64,000 bases of DNA, from NCBI GenBank assembly GCA_046566045.1, contig JBKHXL010000066.1, forward strand, positions 26,985 through 90,984. Reading direction: 5' to 3'. The stretch is from Candidatus Limnocylindria bacterium. Its GTDB lineage: Bacteria > Chloroflexota > Limnocylindria > Limnocylindrales > CSP1-4. The translations under genes were made by a program, and so were the position numbers. This document shows positions 18,594 to 27,369 of this stretch, one piece after another. Under the pieces are notes generated by a model. It was not told the origin of the DNA. It saw only the letters and a list, made by a program, of their open reading frames with translations, and did not search any database. Each line of letters opens with the position of its first letter. The first letter of the stretch is position 1.

Positions 18594-19463
18594 TCAGCCG
18601 TCAGTGAGGTCGGCCAGGAAGCGGCGGATGACCCGGGCCAGGCGGGGCCCCGCGGTCAGACCGGCCTCCAGCACCTCCTCGTGGGTCAGCGGCGCGCCGC
18701 TGTAGCCCGCTCCGGCGTTCGTGACCAGCGAGACGCCGCACACCTCCAGTCCGACCCAGCGCGCCGCGATGCACTCGAGCACGGTCGACATCCCGACCGC
18801 GTGCCCGCCCAGGCCGGCGAGCATGCGCACCTCGGCCGGGGTCTCGTAGGTGGGGCCGGTCAGGCCGACGTAGATGCCCTCCTCGAGGGCGACGTCCTCC
18901 GCCCGGCCGGCCTCGTGCAGCCGCTGGCGCAGGCGCGGGCTCCACGCGTCGGTCAGGTCCGGGAAGCGCGCGCCCAGCTCGTCCGCGTTGGGGCCCATCA
19001 GGGGCGATCGTCCGGTCAGGTTGATGTGGTCGCGCATGACCATCAGCGTGCCCGGACCGAAGCTCGGATCCAGGCCGCCGGCGGCATTCGTCAGCACCAC
19101 GATCCGGGCCCCGAGCGCGTGGAACAGCAGGACCGGCTGGACGACCAGCCCGGGCGCGTTGCCCTCGTACAGGTGGAAGCGGCCCTGGAGCATGATCACG
19201 GTCCGGCCGCCGAGCCGGCCGAGCAGCAGGCGGCCGGCGTGGCCCGGGGCGGTCGCGGCGGGCCAACCGGGCAGCTCGCCGAACGGGATGGCGACTGCCG
19301 CCTCCAGGTCGTCGGCCAGGCCACCCAGGCCCGAGCCGAGGACGATGCCCACCTCGGGCACGAGGTCGGTGCGCTCGCGGACGGCGGCCGCCAGGGCGGC
19401 GATCCGGGCGGGCTGTTCGGCGGGCGCGATGGGCCGGGACGGGTCCACGGGTTCGGTCGACAT
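18594..19463 (-). CDS. punA: purine nucleoside phosphorylase (PNP family 2)
   Basis: GSGLGG, LTGPTYETPAEV, AVGMSTVLE. Start is MSTEPVD at 19463. Confidence 0.9.
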   Translation of the reverse strand: MSTEPVDPSRPIAPAEQPARIAALAAAVRERTDLVPEVGIVLGSGLGGLADDLEAAVAIPFGELPGWPAATAPGHAGRLLLGRLGGRTVIMLQGRFHLYEGNAPGLVVQPVLLFHALGARIVVLTNAAGGLDPSFGPGTLMVMRDHINLTGRSPLMGPNADELGARFPDLTDAWSPRLRQRLHEAGRAEDVALEEGIYVGLTGPTYETPAEVRMLAGLGGHAVGMSTVLECIAARWVGLEVCGVSLVTNAGAGYSGAPLTHEEVLEAGLTAGPRLARVIRRFLADLTDG

Positions 19464-19526
19464 GGGGTGCCTCCTGTTCGCCGACAGGATACGGACGCGA
19501 CGGCGGGCCGGGGTGGGGTCCCGGGG

Positions 19527-19610
19527 CCGGCGGGGCGCGGCGGGGCGAGCGCCCGGACGCGGCGCCGGCGGGGCGCGGCGGGGCGAGCGTCCGGACGCGG
19601 CGCCGGCGGG
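19527..19610. repeat. 38-nt tandem direct repeat, 2.2 copies
   Basis: CCGGCGGGGCGCGGCGGGGCGAGCG[C/T]CCGGACGCGGCG occurs at 19527-19564 and 19565-19602 (1 mismatch), then a partial CCGGCGGG. Confidence 0.85.
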
Positions 19611-19865
19611 TCTGGAGGGTGGGGCGTCGCCCGGGCCCCGTCCGCCCGACGGGAGTATCGACACCGGGATGCCGATCACGTCCCATCGGGCGTGGCCTGC
19701 GCCGCCCGGCCGCGGTGAGACGGTCGGACCGTCGCGGGCAACGAAGCGCCCGAAGCGACCGGCGGCGAAACGGCTGGTCCTTGATGCGATCTCGGTCCTG
19801 CGTTCCTGTCGGCCCCTTCGGGCACGACCAACGATATGGCCCGGCCACGGGACGGGTCAACGCGC

Positions 19866-19941
19866 TTATCCACCAACTTCGCGATCGGGCCGCGCGGGTT
19901 ATCCACCACCTTCACGAACCTGTGGACGACGTTGTGGACGG
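19866..19941. promoter_or_regulatory. cluster of four DnaA-box-like 9-mers (two direct, two inverted)
   Basis: TTATCCACC at 19866-19874 and 19899-19907. On the other strand, TCGTCCACA (19921-19929) and CCGTCCACA (19933-19941). Confidence 0.45.
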
Positions 19942-19962
19942 CCCGCCCGAGGCGCGGTCCGC

Positions 19963-21003
19963 TCAGCCGCCCATCGCGAACATCTCGATCCTGGGCAGGT
20001 CCGGGCGAGCCTCGCGGTCGCTCGTGGCCAGGGCGCGCAGCTCGGAGTACCGGTCGTCCCGCGCCCGCCACGCGTCGGCGAGGAACGCGACGAGGCCCTC
20101 GTCGGTCGTCGCGCCGTCGCGCAGGACCGCCCGGACGTCGAGGCCGGCCACCGCGAACAGGCACGTGTACAGCTGGCCGTCGGCCGACAGCCGGGCGCGG
20201 GTGCAGTCGCGGCAGAACGGCATCGTCACCGAGGAGATGATCCCGAACTCGCCGGCACCGTCGAGGTAGCGCCAGCGGCCGGCCACCTCCCCGCGATAGC
20301 CGGGCTCGGCCGGCTCGGCCGGCCACTCGGCCGTGACCAGGTCGCGCAGCTCGGCCGCCGGGACGACCTCGTCGAGCCGCCAGCCGTTCGAGTGACCGAC
20401 GTCCATGTACTCGATGAAGCGGAGGGTCACGCCGATGTCGCGCGCCCAGCGGGCCATCGGCACGATGGACGCCTCATTGACCCCGCGGCGCACGACCATG
20501 TTGACCTTGAGCGGGGTGAGGCCCGCCGCCAGGGCCGCGTCCACGCCGTCGAGCACGCGGGCGACCGGGAAGTCGATCCCGTTCATCGCCCCGAACACCG
20601 CGTCGTCGAGCGAATCGAGGCTGACCGTGACCCGCTGCAGGCCGGCGTCCGCGAGCGGCTGAGCCAGCGCGCGCAGGGCGGCGCCGTTCGTCGTCAGGGT
20701 CAGGTCGAGCGGCCGCCCGTCGGCCGTGCGCAGCGCCGCCAGGCGCTCGATGAGGACCGGCAGGTCGCGCCGCACGAGCGGCTCCCCGCCGGTGATGCGC
20801 AGCTTCTCGACGCCGAGCGCGGCGAACGCGCGCGCCGCCCGCTCGATCTCCTCGAAGGACAGCACCTGGTCGCGCGGCAGGAACGCGTAGTCGCGCCCGA
20901 AGACCTCCCTGGGCATGCAGTACGTGCACCGGAAGTTGCAGCGGTCGGTGACGGAGATGCGCAGGTCGTGGAGCGGCCGGCCGAGTCGATCGAGGGCTGA
21001 CAT
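19963..21003 (-). CDS. moaA: GTP 3',8-cyclase (molybdenum cofactor biosynthesis protein A)
   Basis: Radical-SAM CNFRCTYC, C-terminal Cys cluster [14 protein letters not shown], and a terminal GG. Confidence 0.95.
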   Translation of the reverse strand: MSALDRLGRPLHDLRISVTDRCNFRCTYCMPREVFGRDYAFLPRDQVLSFEEIERAARAFAALGVEKLRITGGEPLVRRDLPVLIERLAALRTADGRPLDLTLTTNGAALRALAQPLADAGLQRVTVSLDSLDDAVFGAMNGIDFPVARVLDGVDAALAAGLTPLKVNMVVRRGVNEASIVPMARWARDIGVTLRFIEYMDVGHSNGWRLDEVVPAAELRDLVTAEWPAEPAEPGYRGEVAGRWRYLDGAGEFGIISSVTMPFCRDCTRARLSADGQLYTCLFAVAGLDVRAVLRDGATTDEGLVAFLADAWRARDDRYSELRALATSDREARPDLPRIEMFAMGG

Positions 21004-21190
21004 GAGGCCGCCTATCCTACCCCCGAAGTCCGGTGCGCCCCGGCGACGGCGCCCCGTCCGGTACGACCGGCGCGGACCGCTGGTACCACTAGCGGACTCC
21101 ACCGGACCCTCCCCCGCTGGCACGATGCCGCCACGTCCCGAATCCGCGGTGCGACCGCGCGACCTCAGTCGGGCTGCAGAGGATCACGCC

Positions 21191-22510
21191 ATGGCCACCA
21201 CCGATGCGAAGCCCGGTTTCCGGCTCCCCTGGAGCGCCGATCGCGGCCACGAGTCGGCGGCCGTCGACACGCCGACCACGGCGGAGGGCGTGGTCGATGC
21301 CACCCTGGAGAGCGAGGTCGAGCCGCCAGCCATGATCGACACCCCCACCTTCGAGGCCGGCGACCGGTCCGCGTCCGCCGCGCAGGCTGGCCCGCCCGGT
21401 CCGCCCGCCACGCCCGCCACGCCCGCCACGCCGGCGCGCAAGCCGAACAAGCTGATGGCCGACCTGACCCGCGCCATGCAGGCCGCAGCCGAGCAGGCCC
21501 GGACCGACGCGCTCGAGCGCCTGGGAGCCGACGCCAAGACGTTCATCGAGTCGATCCACGCCGCGTCGTCGACCCAGGCGACCGAGCTGCGCCGCAGGGC
21601 CGACGACGACGTCGCCGCGATCCGCGAGTGGTCGAAGGCGGAGATCGCCCGGATCCGCGAGGAGACGGAGCGGCGCATCGGCGACCGCAAGGCGGCCCTC
21701 GAGCAGGAGATCGACGCCCATGCCGCCGCCATCGAGGGGCGGATCGAGCGCGTCCAGGCACGCGTCGCCGCGTTCGAGGCGGAGATGGCCGCCTTCTTCG
21801 AGCATCTGACCGGCGAGGACGATCCGACCCGGCTGGCCGCCATGGCCGAACAGCTCCCGGAGCCGCCGACGTTCGACCTCGAGGCCGACGCCGAGAGCGG
21901 GGCCGAGGCCTGGGCCGCCGCCGAGCCGCCGCCGCCGGCGCCCGGGGCGTGGACCGGACCCGAGGCGGCGGTGACGATCGCGACCGAGCCCGCCGCCGAC
22001 GCGCACCCGTTCACCGAGGCCGAGGCGAGCGTCGACGCGGAGGCCGGGGCAGGACCGACCGGCGACGACCACACCGACGCGTGGCCCAGCGCCGACGTCG
22101 CGATCGACTTCGCCGCGGCCGAGGCCGAGGCCGCCGCCTTCGACGGCGCCGACCTCGAGACCGTCGAGGCGCCGGTCCTGGCCGACGACGCGCTCGCCGC
22201 GCGCCTGGCGGCCCTGACCCCGATCCACGGGTCGGACGGCGAGACCAGCACCACCCGCGTGGTCGTGCTGGGCCTCGTGAGCGTGGCCAGCATCGCCGGC
22301 TTCAAGCGTCTCCTCACGCGCGCCGCCGGCGTGACGTCGGTCGGCGTGTCGTCCGGCCCGGACGGGGAGTTCGTGTTCGCCGTGACCCACGCCACCGACC
22401 TCGACCTGGCCGCCACGATCACCTCGCTGCCGGGCTTCGGGGCCCGGGTGACCGGCGCGGCCGAGGGCACCCTCTCGGTGACGGCGCGCGACCCCGAGAC
22501 CGAGGCCTGA
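21191..22510 (+). CDS. hypothetical coiled-coil protein with acidic disordered middle and small C-terminal alpha/beta domain
   Basis: ATG at 21191 follows AGAGGA-n7. PATPATPATPA repeat, and a long Ala/Glu/Arg heptad-like helix (ATELRRRADDDVAAIREWSKAEIARIREETERRIGDRKAALEQEI). No family recognised. Confidence 0.6.
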   Translation: MATTDAKPGFRLPWSADRGHESAAVDTPTTAEGVVDATLESEVEPPAMIDTPTFEAGDRSASAAQAGPPGPPATPATPATPARKPNKLMADLTRAMQAAAEQARTDALERLGADAKTFIESIHAASSTQATELRRRADDDVAAIREWSKAEIARIREETERRIGDRKAALEQEIDAHAAAIEGRIERVQARVAAFEAEMAAFFEHLTGEDDPTRLAAMAEQLPEPPTFDLEADAESGAEAWAAAEPPPPAPGAWTGPEAAVTIATEPAADAHPFTEAEASVDAEAGAGPTGDDHTDAWPSADVAIDFAAAEAEAAAFDGADLETVEAPVLADDALAARLAALTPIHGSDGETSTTRVVVLGLVSVASIAGFKRLLTRAAGVTSVGVSSGPDGEFVFAVTHATDLDLAATITSLPGFGARVTGAAEGTLSVTARDPETEA

Positions 22511-22674
22511 CCCGACGGCCCGGCCGGCCATCGTCATCGCCCTGCCGCGCGCCGAGGCCGCGCCAGCGGTGGCGCCGGCGCCGCGGTCCGCGTTCGGACT
22601 CTTCCACCGACGCAGGGCGACCGCCCGGGCCTGAACGCTCGGCACACGACACCGACGGGGCCGACACGGCACAC

Positions 22675-22706
22675 GACCCCCGCCCGGCGGACGCCGGGCG
22701 GGGGTC
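22675..22706. terminator. GC-rich perfect hairpin between convergent genes (candidate bidirectional intrinsic terminator)
   Basis: CCCCCGCCCGGCG (22677-22689) pairs with CGCCGGGCGGGGG (22692-22704), extended by GA/TC. There is no clean U-tract, as is common in high-GC genomes. Confidence 0.5.
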
Positions 22707-22750
22707 GGTCGTTGGTCGGCGGGCCCACAGGACCCGCGTGCGTCGGTGGG

Positions 22751-23440
22751 TCAGGCGCCCATCCCGGCGGCCCGCGGCTTGAGGGCCAGGGCCGGCTCGC
22801 GCTCCGCGCGGCTGACCCAGACGAGGCCGGCACCGGCGAGGATGAAGGCGAACCCGACGCCCGCGAACAGGCCGGACAGGCCGAGACCGAGCTGGAGGGC
22901 GCTGGCGGTCACGGTCCCGACGCCGAGCTCGGCGATCAGGGCATGCGCCACGCCGGTCCAGGCCTGCGCCCGGGCCGGGCCCTCGAGCGGATGGGCCCGA
23001 TCGAAGTCCGCCCAGTAGCGGCCGTCGACCGCGAACTCGTAGGTACCGGCCTTGAACACCTCGCCCTTGTACTCGACGTCCTCCGGCAGGACGATCGTCT
23101 GCGTGCTGTTCAGGGTGTGGTAGGCGACCGTCGCCATCTGGTACATGTACTCGGTGCCGGTGTTGACGAGTGGATCGTTCGGGTCGAGCTCCGCCGCCTG
23201 GACCGGATAGCCCCACTCGTCGGTGAGCAGGGTCATGATCGCCTGGGCGCCGGCGACCTCGCCGCGATCGACCAGCTGGCCATCCTCGTTGTAGCTCAGG
23301 GTGACGCCCTGGGCTGCGCTGAATGCGCTCAGGGAGCGCATCCCTTCCTGCACCTTGAACAGACTGAATGCGCCGGCGGCGACGAAGACGATGCCGAGGA
23401 CGCCGAGGATGGCGCCAAGCGTGCGAAGACGTCCGTTCAT
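22751..23440 (-). CDS. hypothetical bitopic membrane protein (N- and C-terminal TM helices, ~150-aa extracytoplasmic domain)
   Basis: MNGRLRTLGAILGVLGIVFVAAGAF at the N-terminus and GLGLSGLFAGVGFAFILAGAGLVWV at the C-terminus. AGAAGGGA RBS. Confidence 0.6.
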   Translation of the reverse strand: MNGRLRTLGAILGVLGIVFVAAGAFSLFKVQEGMRSLSAFSAAQGVTLSYNEDGQLVDRGEVAGAQAIMTLLTDEWGYPVQAAELDPNDPLVNTGTEYMYQMATVAYHTLNSTQTIVLPEDVEYKGEVFKAGTYEFAVDGRYWADFDRAHPLEGPARAQAWTGVAHALIAELGVGTVTASALQLGLGLSGLFAGVGFAFILAGAGLVWVSRAEREPALALKPRAAGMGA

Positions 23441-23454
23441 GATCCCGTTCCCTT

Positions 23455-23493
23455 CTGTGGTCGGACCTGGGTGGTGTTGCGGTTCGACCACAG
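23455..23493 (-). promoter_or_regulatory. 9-bp perfect inverted repeat abutting the RBS of the membrane-protein gene
   Basis: CTGTGGTCG (23455-23463) and CGACCACAG (23485-23493) are separated by a 21-nt spacer. On the mRNA strand the 3' arm runs straight into AAGGGA-n7-ATG. Confidence 0.35.
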
Positions 23494-23548
23494 ACTCGCG
23501 CGATCGGGGCGTCGTGCCATGTGACGCGGGGCACCTCGTGAGGGCCGT

Positions 23549-23574
23549 TGTGCCCCCCCGCCGAGAGGGGCACA
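23549..23574 (-). terminator. hairpin downstream of the acs-hypothetical pair
   Basis: TGTGCCCC (23549-23556) and GGGGCACA (23567-23574) form an 8-bp stem with a 10-nt loop, 59 nt after the stop at 23633. Confidence 0.3.
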
Positions 23575-23632
23575 GGTCACATCCCGGTCGGGACCTCGCG
23601 CGGGTCGGCCGGGGCGCATCGGGTGCGGGGGA

Positions 23633-24280
23633 TCAGCGGGAGCTGCGGTCCGAGTAGGACACGCCGCCCAGCGAGGCGCCCGGCAGGCGCTGGTGGCGCT
23701 CACCGGTCCGGCGGTCGACCTGCTCCACGCCGCGCAGGTAGAACCGGTTGACGAGGATCGCGTCGATCGTCTCGCCGATCGGCACCTCGCCCAGCGAGGC
23801 GGTCGCGTCGACGATCGGCACGAACATCTCGGTCGCCCGGTCGAGCAGCCGGTCCGGCTCGGAGCCCGGGTACAGGTAGACCGTGCCGATGACCCGGTAC
23901 GGCGGGACCTCGAGTCCGACGTCGTAGGCGATCTTGTGGACCTTGTGGGCCGCCCGCTCGGTCTCCGTGATGGGCGGCAGCGAGCCCTCGCCGGCCAGCA
24001 CGATGACCAGGTCGTACGGGTCGACCGACTGGAGGCCCGGCGCCGGCGTCAGCGGCTCCGAGCCGTCCGCCGGGGCCCACAGGACCTCGGAGATGGGGAT
24101 CGCCTCGCGCCGGTTCAGGGCGTCGGACAGCCGGCCGGCGACGTGCATCCGGCCGACGATGCGCCACTCCTCGGTCAGGCCGTCGAACGGCACCGACCGC
24201 CCGGGCAGGGCGTCGGCGGCAGCGACCGGGGACGTGGGCTTGGGCTGCTCCTTGCGCCGGCGGAAGACGTCGAACGGCAC
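23633..24280 (-). CDS. hypothetical protein (215 aa) immediately downstream of acs
   Basis: GTG at 24280 follows a GGGAGCC RBS, 10 nt after the acs stop. Balanced composition. No recognisable domain. Confidence 0.55.
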   Translation of the reverse strand: MPFDVFRRRKEQPKPTSPVAAADALPGRSVPFDGLTEEWRIVGRMHVAGRLSDALNRREAIPISEVLWAPADGSEPLTPAPGLQSVDPYDLVIVLAGEGSLPPITETERAAHKVHKIAYDVGLEVPPYRVIGTVYLYPGSEPDRLLDRATEMFVPIVDATASLGEVPIGETIDAILVNRFYLRGVEQVDRRTGERHQRLPGASLGGVSYSDRSSR

Positions 24281-24290
24281 GGTCGGCTCC

Positions 24291-26258
24291 CTACTCCTCG
24301 GTCCCGCCGGTGTGGTCGCGGATCGTCTCCACGACGGTCGCATCGGCGAGCGTGGTCGTATCGCCGAGCGTGCGCCCTTCGGCGAGGTCGCGCAAGAGCC
24401 GGCGCATGATCTTGCCCGAACGCGTCTTGGGCAGATCGGGCACGAACATCAGGTACTTGGGCCGGGCGATCGGGCCGATGACGTAGGCCACGTGCTCGCG
24501 CAGTTGCACAGCCAGCGCGTCGGACGGCTCCTGGCCCGCGCGCAGGATCACGTAGGCGAAGATCGCCTCGCCGCTGATGTCATCCTTCTTGCCGACGACG
24601 GCGGCCTCCGCCACGGACCGATGGTCGACCAGGGCCGACTCCACCTCGGTCGTCGAGATGCGATGGCCGGCCACGTTCATCACGTCGTCGACCCGGCCGA
24701 GCAGCCAGTAGTAGCCGTCCTCGTCGCGCTTCGCCCCGTCGCCCGCGAAGTAGCGCCCCTCGAAGCGGCTCCAGTACGTCTGCCTGTAGCGCTCCGGGTC
24801 GCCGTAGATGCCGCGCAGCATGGCCGGCCACGGCCGGGTGAGCACGAGGTAGCCGCCGCCGCCGAGCGGCACGGAGCGGCCCTCGTTGTCGACCACGTCG
24901 GCGCCGATCCCCGGGAACGGGAAGGTGGCGCTGCCGGGCTTGGTCGTGGTGACGCCGGGCAGGGGCGTGATGAGGATCTGCCCGGTCTCCGTCTGCCACC
25001 AGGTGTCCACGACCGGGACGCGGCCCCCGCCGATGTGCTCCCGGTACCACTGCCAGGCCTCCGGGTTGATCGGCTCGCCGACCGAGCCCAGCACGCGCAG
25101 CGTGGACAGGTCGTGCGCGGCCGGCCACTGCTCGCCCTGCTTCATGAACGCCCGGATCGCGGTCGGGGCGCAGTACAGGATGGTGACCCGGTAGTCCTCG
25201 ACGATCTGCCACCAGCGATCCCAGGCCGGGGTGTCCGGCGCGCCCTCGTACAGGATCCCGGTCGTGGCATTGGCCAGCGGCCCGTAGACGATGTAGCTGT
25301 GGCCGGTCACCCAGCCGATGTCGGCCGCGCACCAGTACACGTCGTCGGGCTTGATGTCGAAGACCATCGCGTGGCTGTAGCTCGTTCCGAGCAGGTAGCC
25401 CGCGGTCGTATGCAGGATGCCCTTGGGCTTGGCCGTGGTGCCGCTCGTGTAGAGCAGGTAGAGCATGTGCTCGCTGTCGACCGGGACCGGCGGGCAGTCG
25501 TCGCTCTGGCGCTCGACGATGTCGTGCCACCAGTGGTCGCGACCCTCGACCATGTGCACGCCGTGGCCCGTCCGGTTGACGACGATCGAGGCCTCGATGG
25601 TGGGCGTGTCGGCGAGCGCCTCGTCGGCGTGATGCTTGAGTCCGACCTCCTTGCCGCGCCGGTAGCCGCCGTCGGCGGTGATCAGGACCTTCGCCCCGCA
25701 GTCGTTGATGCGGCCGCCGAGCGCCTCCGCGGAGAAGCCCCCGAAGACGACCGTGTGCGGCGCCCCGATGCGGGCGCAGGCGAGCATCGCGATCGGCAGC
25801 TCGGGGATCATCGGCATGTAGATCGCGACGCGGTCGCCCGCCTGCACGCCGAGCTCCTTGAGCGCGTTGGCCGCCTTGCTCACCTCGCGCTGGAGGTCGC
25901 GGAAGGTCAGCGTCCGGGTGTCGCCGGGCTCGCCGATCCAGTGGTAGGCCACCTTGTCGCCGAGGCCGCGCTCGACGTGCCGGTCGACGCAGTTGTAGCT
26001 GACGTTGAGCTGCCCGCCGTCGAACCAGCGGGCGAACGGGAGGTCCCACGCCAGCGTCGTCTCGAACGGCGTGACCCAGTCGAGCCGCTCGCGCGCCAGC
26101 CTGGCCCAGAACGCCTCGTAGTCGGCCTCCGCCTCCTCGTAGAGCGACGCCTTGGCGTTCGCCTGGGCGGCGAATGCCGGGTCGGGCGGATACGTCCGGC
26201 GCTCGGCGAGGAGGTTCTCGATCTCGGGGGACGGACTGGCACTGGGGTCGACGGTCAC
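24291..26258 (-). CDS. acs: acetyl-CoA synthetase (acetate-CoA ligase)
   Basis: [14 protein letters not shown]-binding motif, WWQTETG, a C-terminal [11 protein letters not shown], and full-length (655 aa) Acs architecture. Confidence 0.95.
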   Translation of the reverse strand: MTVDPSASPSPEIENLLAERRTYPPDPAFAAQANAKASLYEEAEADYEAFWARLARERLDWVTPFETTLAWDLPFARWFDGGQLNVSYNCVDRHVERGLGDKVAYHWIGEPGDTRTLTFRDLQREVSKAANALKELGVQAGDRVAIYMPMIPELPIAMLACARIGAPHTVVFGGFSAEALGGRINDCGAKVLITADGGYRRGKEVGLKHHADEALADTPTIEASIVVNRTGHGVHMVEGRDHWWHDIVERQSDDCPPVPVDSEHMLYLLYTSGTTAKPKGILHTTAGYLLGTSYSHAMVFDIKPDDVYWCAADIGWVTGHSYIVYGPLANATTGILYEGAPDTPAWDRWWQIVEDYRVTILYCAPTAIRAFMKQGEQWPAAHDLSTLRVLGSVGEPINPEAWQWYREHIGGGRVPVVDTWWQTETGQILITPLPGVTTTKPGSATFPFPGIGADVVDNEGRSVPLGGGGYLVLTRPWPAMLRGIYGDPERYRQTYWSRFEGRYFAGDGAKRDEDGYYWLLGRVDDVMNVAGHRISTTEVESALVDHRSVAEAAVVGKKDDISGEAIFAYVILRAGQEPSDALAVQLREHVAYVIGPIARPKYLMFVPDLPKTRSGKIMRRLLRDLAEGRTLGDTTTLADATVVETIRDHTGGTEE

Positions 26259-26358
26259 GCTCGCATCCCTCGGCGTCGGCGGGTGGCTGGCCGGCCCATC
26301 CTACCGCGCGACGTGCGCCCGCGACCACCCGGGCCCGCCGCCGCGGCCCGCCGCCGGG

Positions 26359-27315
26359 TCAATCGCGGTCGTCGGTGTCGCCGCCGCCGGCGGCGTCGGC
26401 CGGCGCGCCCTGCCCCGCCAGCGGCGCCGTCCCGGCGTCGGCCGGATCGCGCGACAGGACGACGCGCTGCGGGCGCGGGATCTCGATCCCGTTGGCCTCC
26501 AGCGCAGCCAGCAGGCGCTTGCGGAACTCGCCGCCGGCGGCCCACTGTTCAGCGGCCCGCACGCTGCCCAGGATCTTGAGGGTGACGCCGTACTCGCTCA
26601 GGGCCTCGACCCGTTCGACCCGTGGGGCCTCCAGGATCCTGCGCTTCCAGAGCGGGTCGTCGCGCATCGCCGTGCCGACCGCGTCGACGACGGTGATGGC
26701 CCGCTCGATGTCCGTGCCGTAGGCGAGGGTGACGTCCTGGTTGATGCGCGCCCAGACCCGGGTCAGGTTGCTGGCGACCGTGATCTCGCCGTTCGGGACG
26801 GTGTGCACCACGCCATCGAGGTCGCGCAGGGTGGTCCGTCGCAGGGTGAAGTCCTCGACCGTCCCGGCCACCCCGGCCAGGCGCACGACGTCGCCCTTGG
26901 CGAACTGGTTCTCGACCAGGATCAACGCCCCGTTCAGGTAGTCGCGCACGAGCGCCTGCGCCCCGAAGCCGACGGCGATGCCGACCACGCCGAGTCCGGC
27001 GATGGCCGGGCCGATGTTGAGGCCGAGCTGGGCCATGATCATCAGCGCGGCCACGATCAGCACGAAGGCGCGGATGGCGCGCGCACCGAACTCGTCGAGC
27101 GTGTCCATGCGCTTCTTGAGCTCGACCGCGGACAGCTCCTGGGCCGTCCCCTCGCTCGCCTCGCGGTCCATCAGCGCCTTGACCACGCCGCGCACGGCCA
27201 CGCTGGCCAGGCGCATGGCCACGAGGGCCGCGATCAGGATCGCGATGAGCGGCAGGGCCTCACCTGTGGTGAAGGCGATGATGTCGCTCCACGGGGCCTT
27301 GGACAGGTCGGGCAT
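26359..27315 (-). CDS. mechanosensitive ion channel (MscS family)
   Basis: TM3-like GLGVVGIAVGFGAQALVRDYLNG, followed by a beta-domain (GDVVRLAGVAGTVEDFTLRRTTLRDLDGVVHTVPNG). Confidence 0.9.
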   Translation of the reverse strand: MPDLSKAPWSDIIAFTTGEALPLIAILIAALVAMRLASVAVRGVVKALMDREASEGTAQELSAVELKKRMDTLDEFGARAIRAFVLIVAALMIMAQLGLNIGPAIAGLGVVGIAVGFGAQALVRDYLNGALILVENQFAKGDVVRLAGVAGTVEDFTLRRTTLRDLDGVVHTVPNGEITVASNLTRVWARINQDVTLAYGTDIERAITVVDAVGTAMRDDPLWKRRILEAPRVERVEALSEYGVTLKILGSVRAAEQWAAGGEFRKRLLAALEANGIEIPRPQRVVLSRDPADAGTAPLAGQGAPADAAGGGDTDDRD

Positions 27316-27369
27316 GGACGTAGGGTATCGGACCGGGCGAGCCCGCCGGTGGCGCTGTCCGCCGGGGCG

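Noticed and set aside
19527-19610. Possible CRISPR array. The same question applies to the 22-nt duplication at 31456-31499.
   Set aside because: The repeats are directly abutting tandem copies without spacers, with only ~2 copies, and there are no cas genes anywhere in the window.
19619-20269. A 216-aa + strand ORF starting at a GTG that abuts a GGAGGG string in the punA-moaA gap.
   Set aside because: There is no spacer between the putative SD and the start. The translation is Arg/Ser/Pro-rich. Two thirds of it is antisense to moaA.
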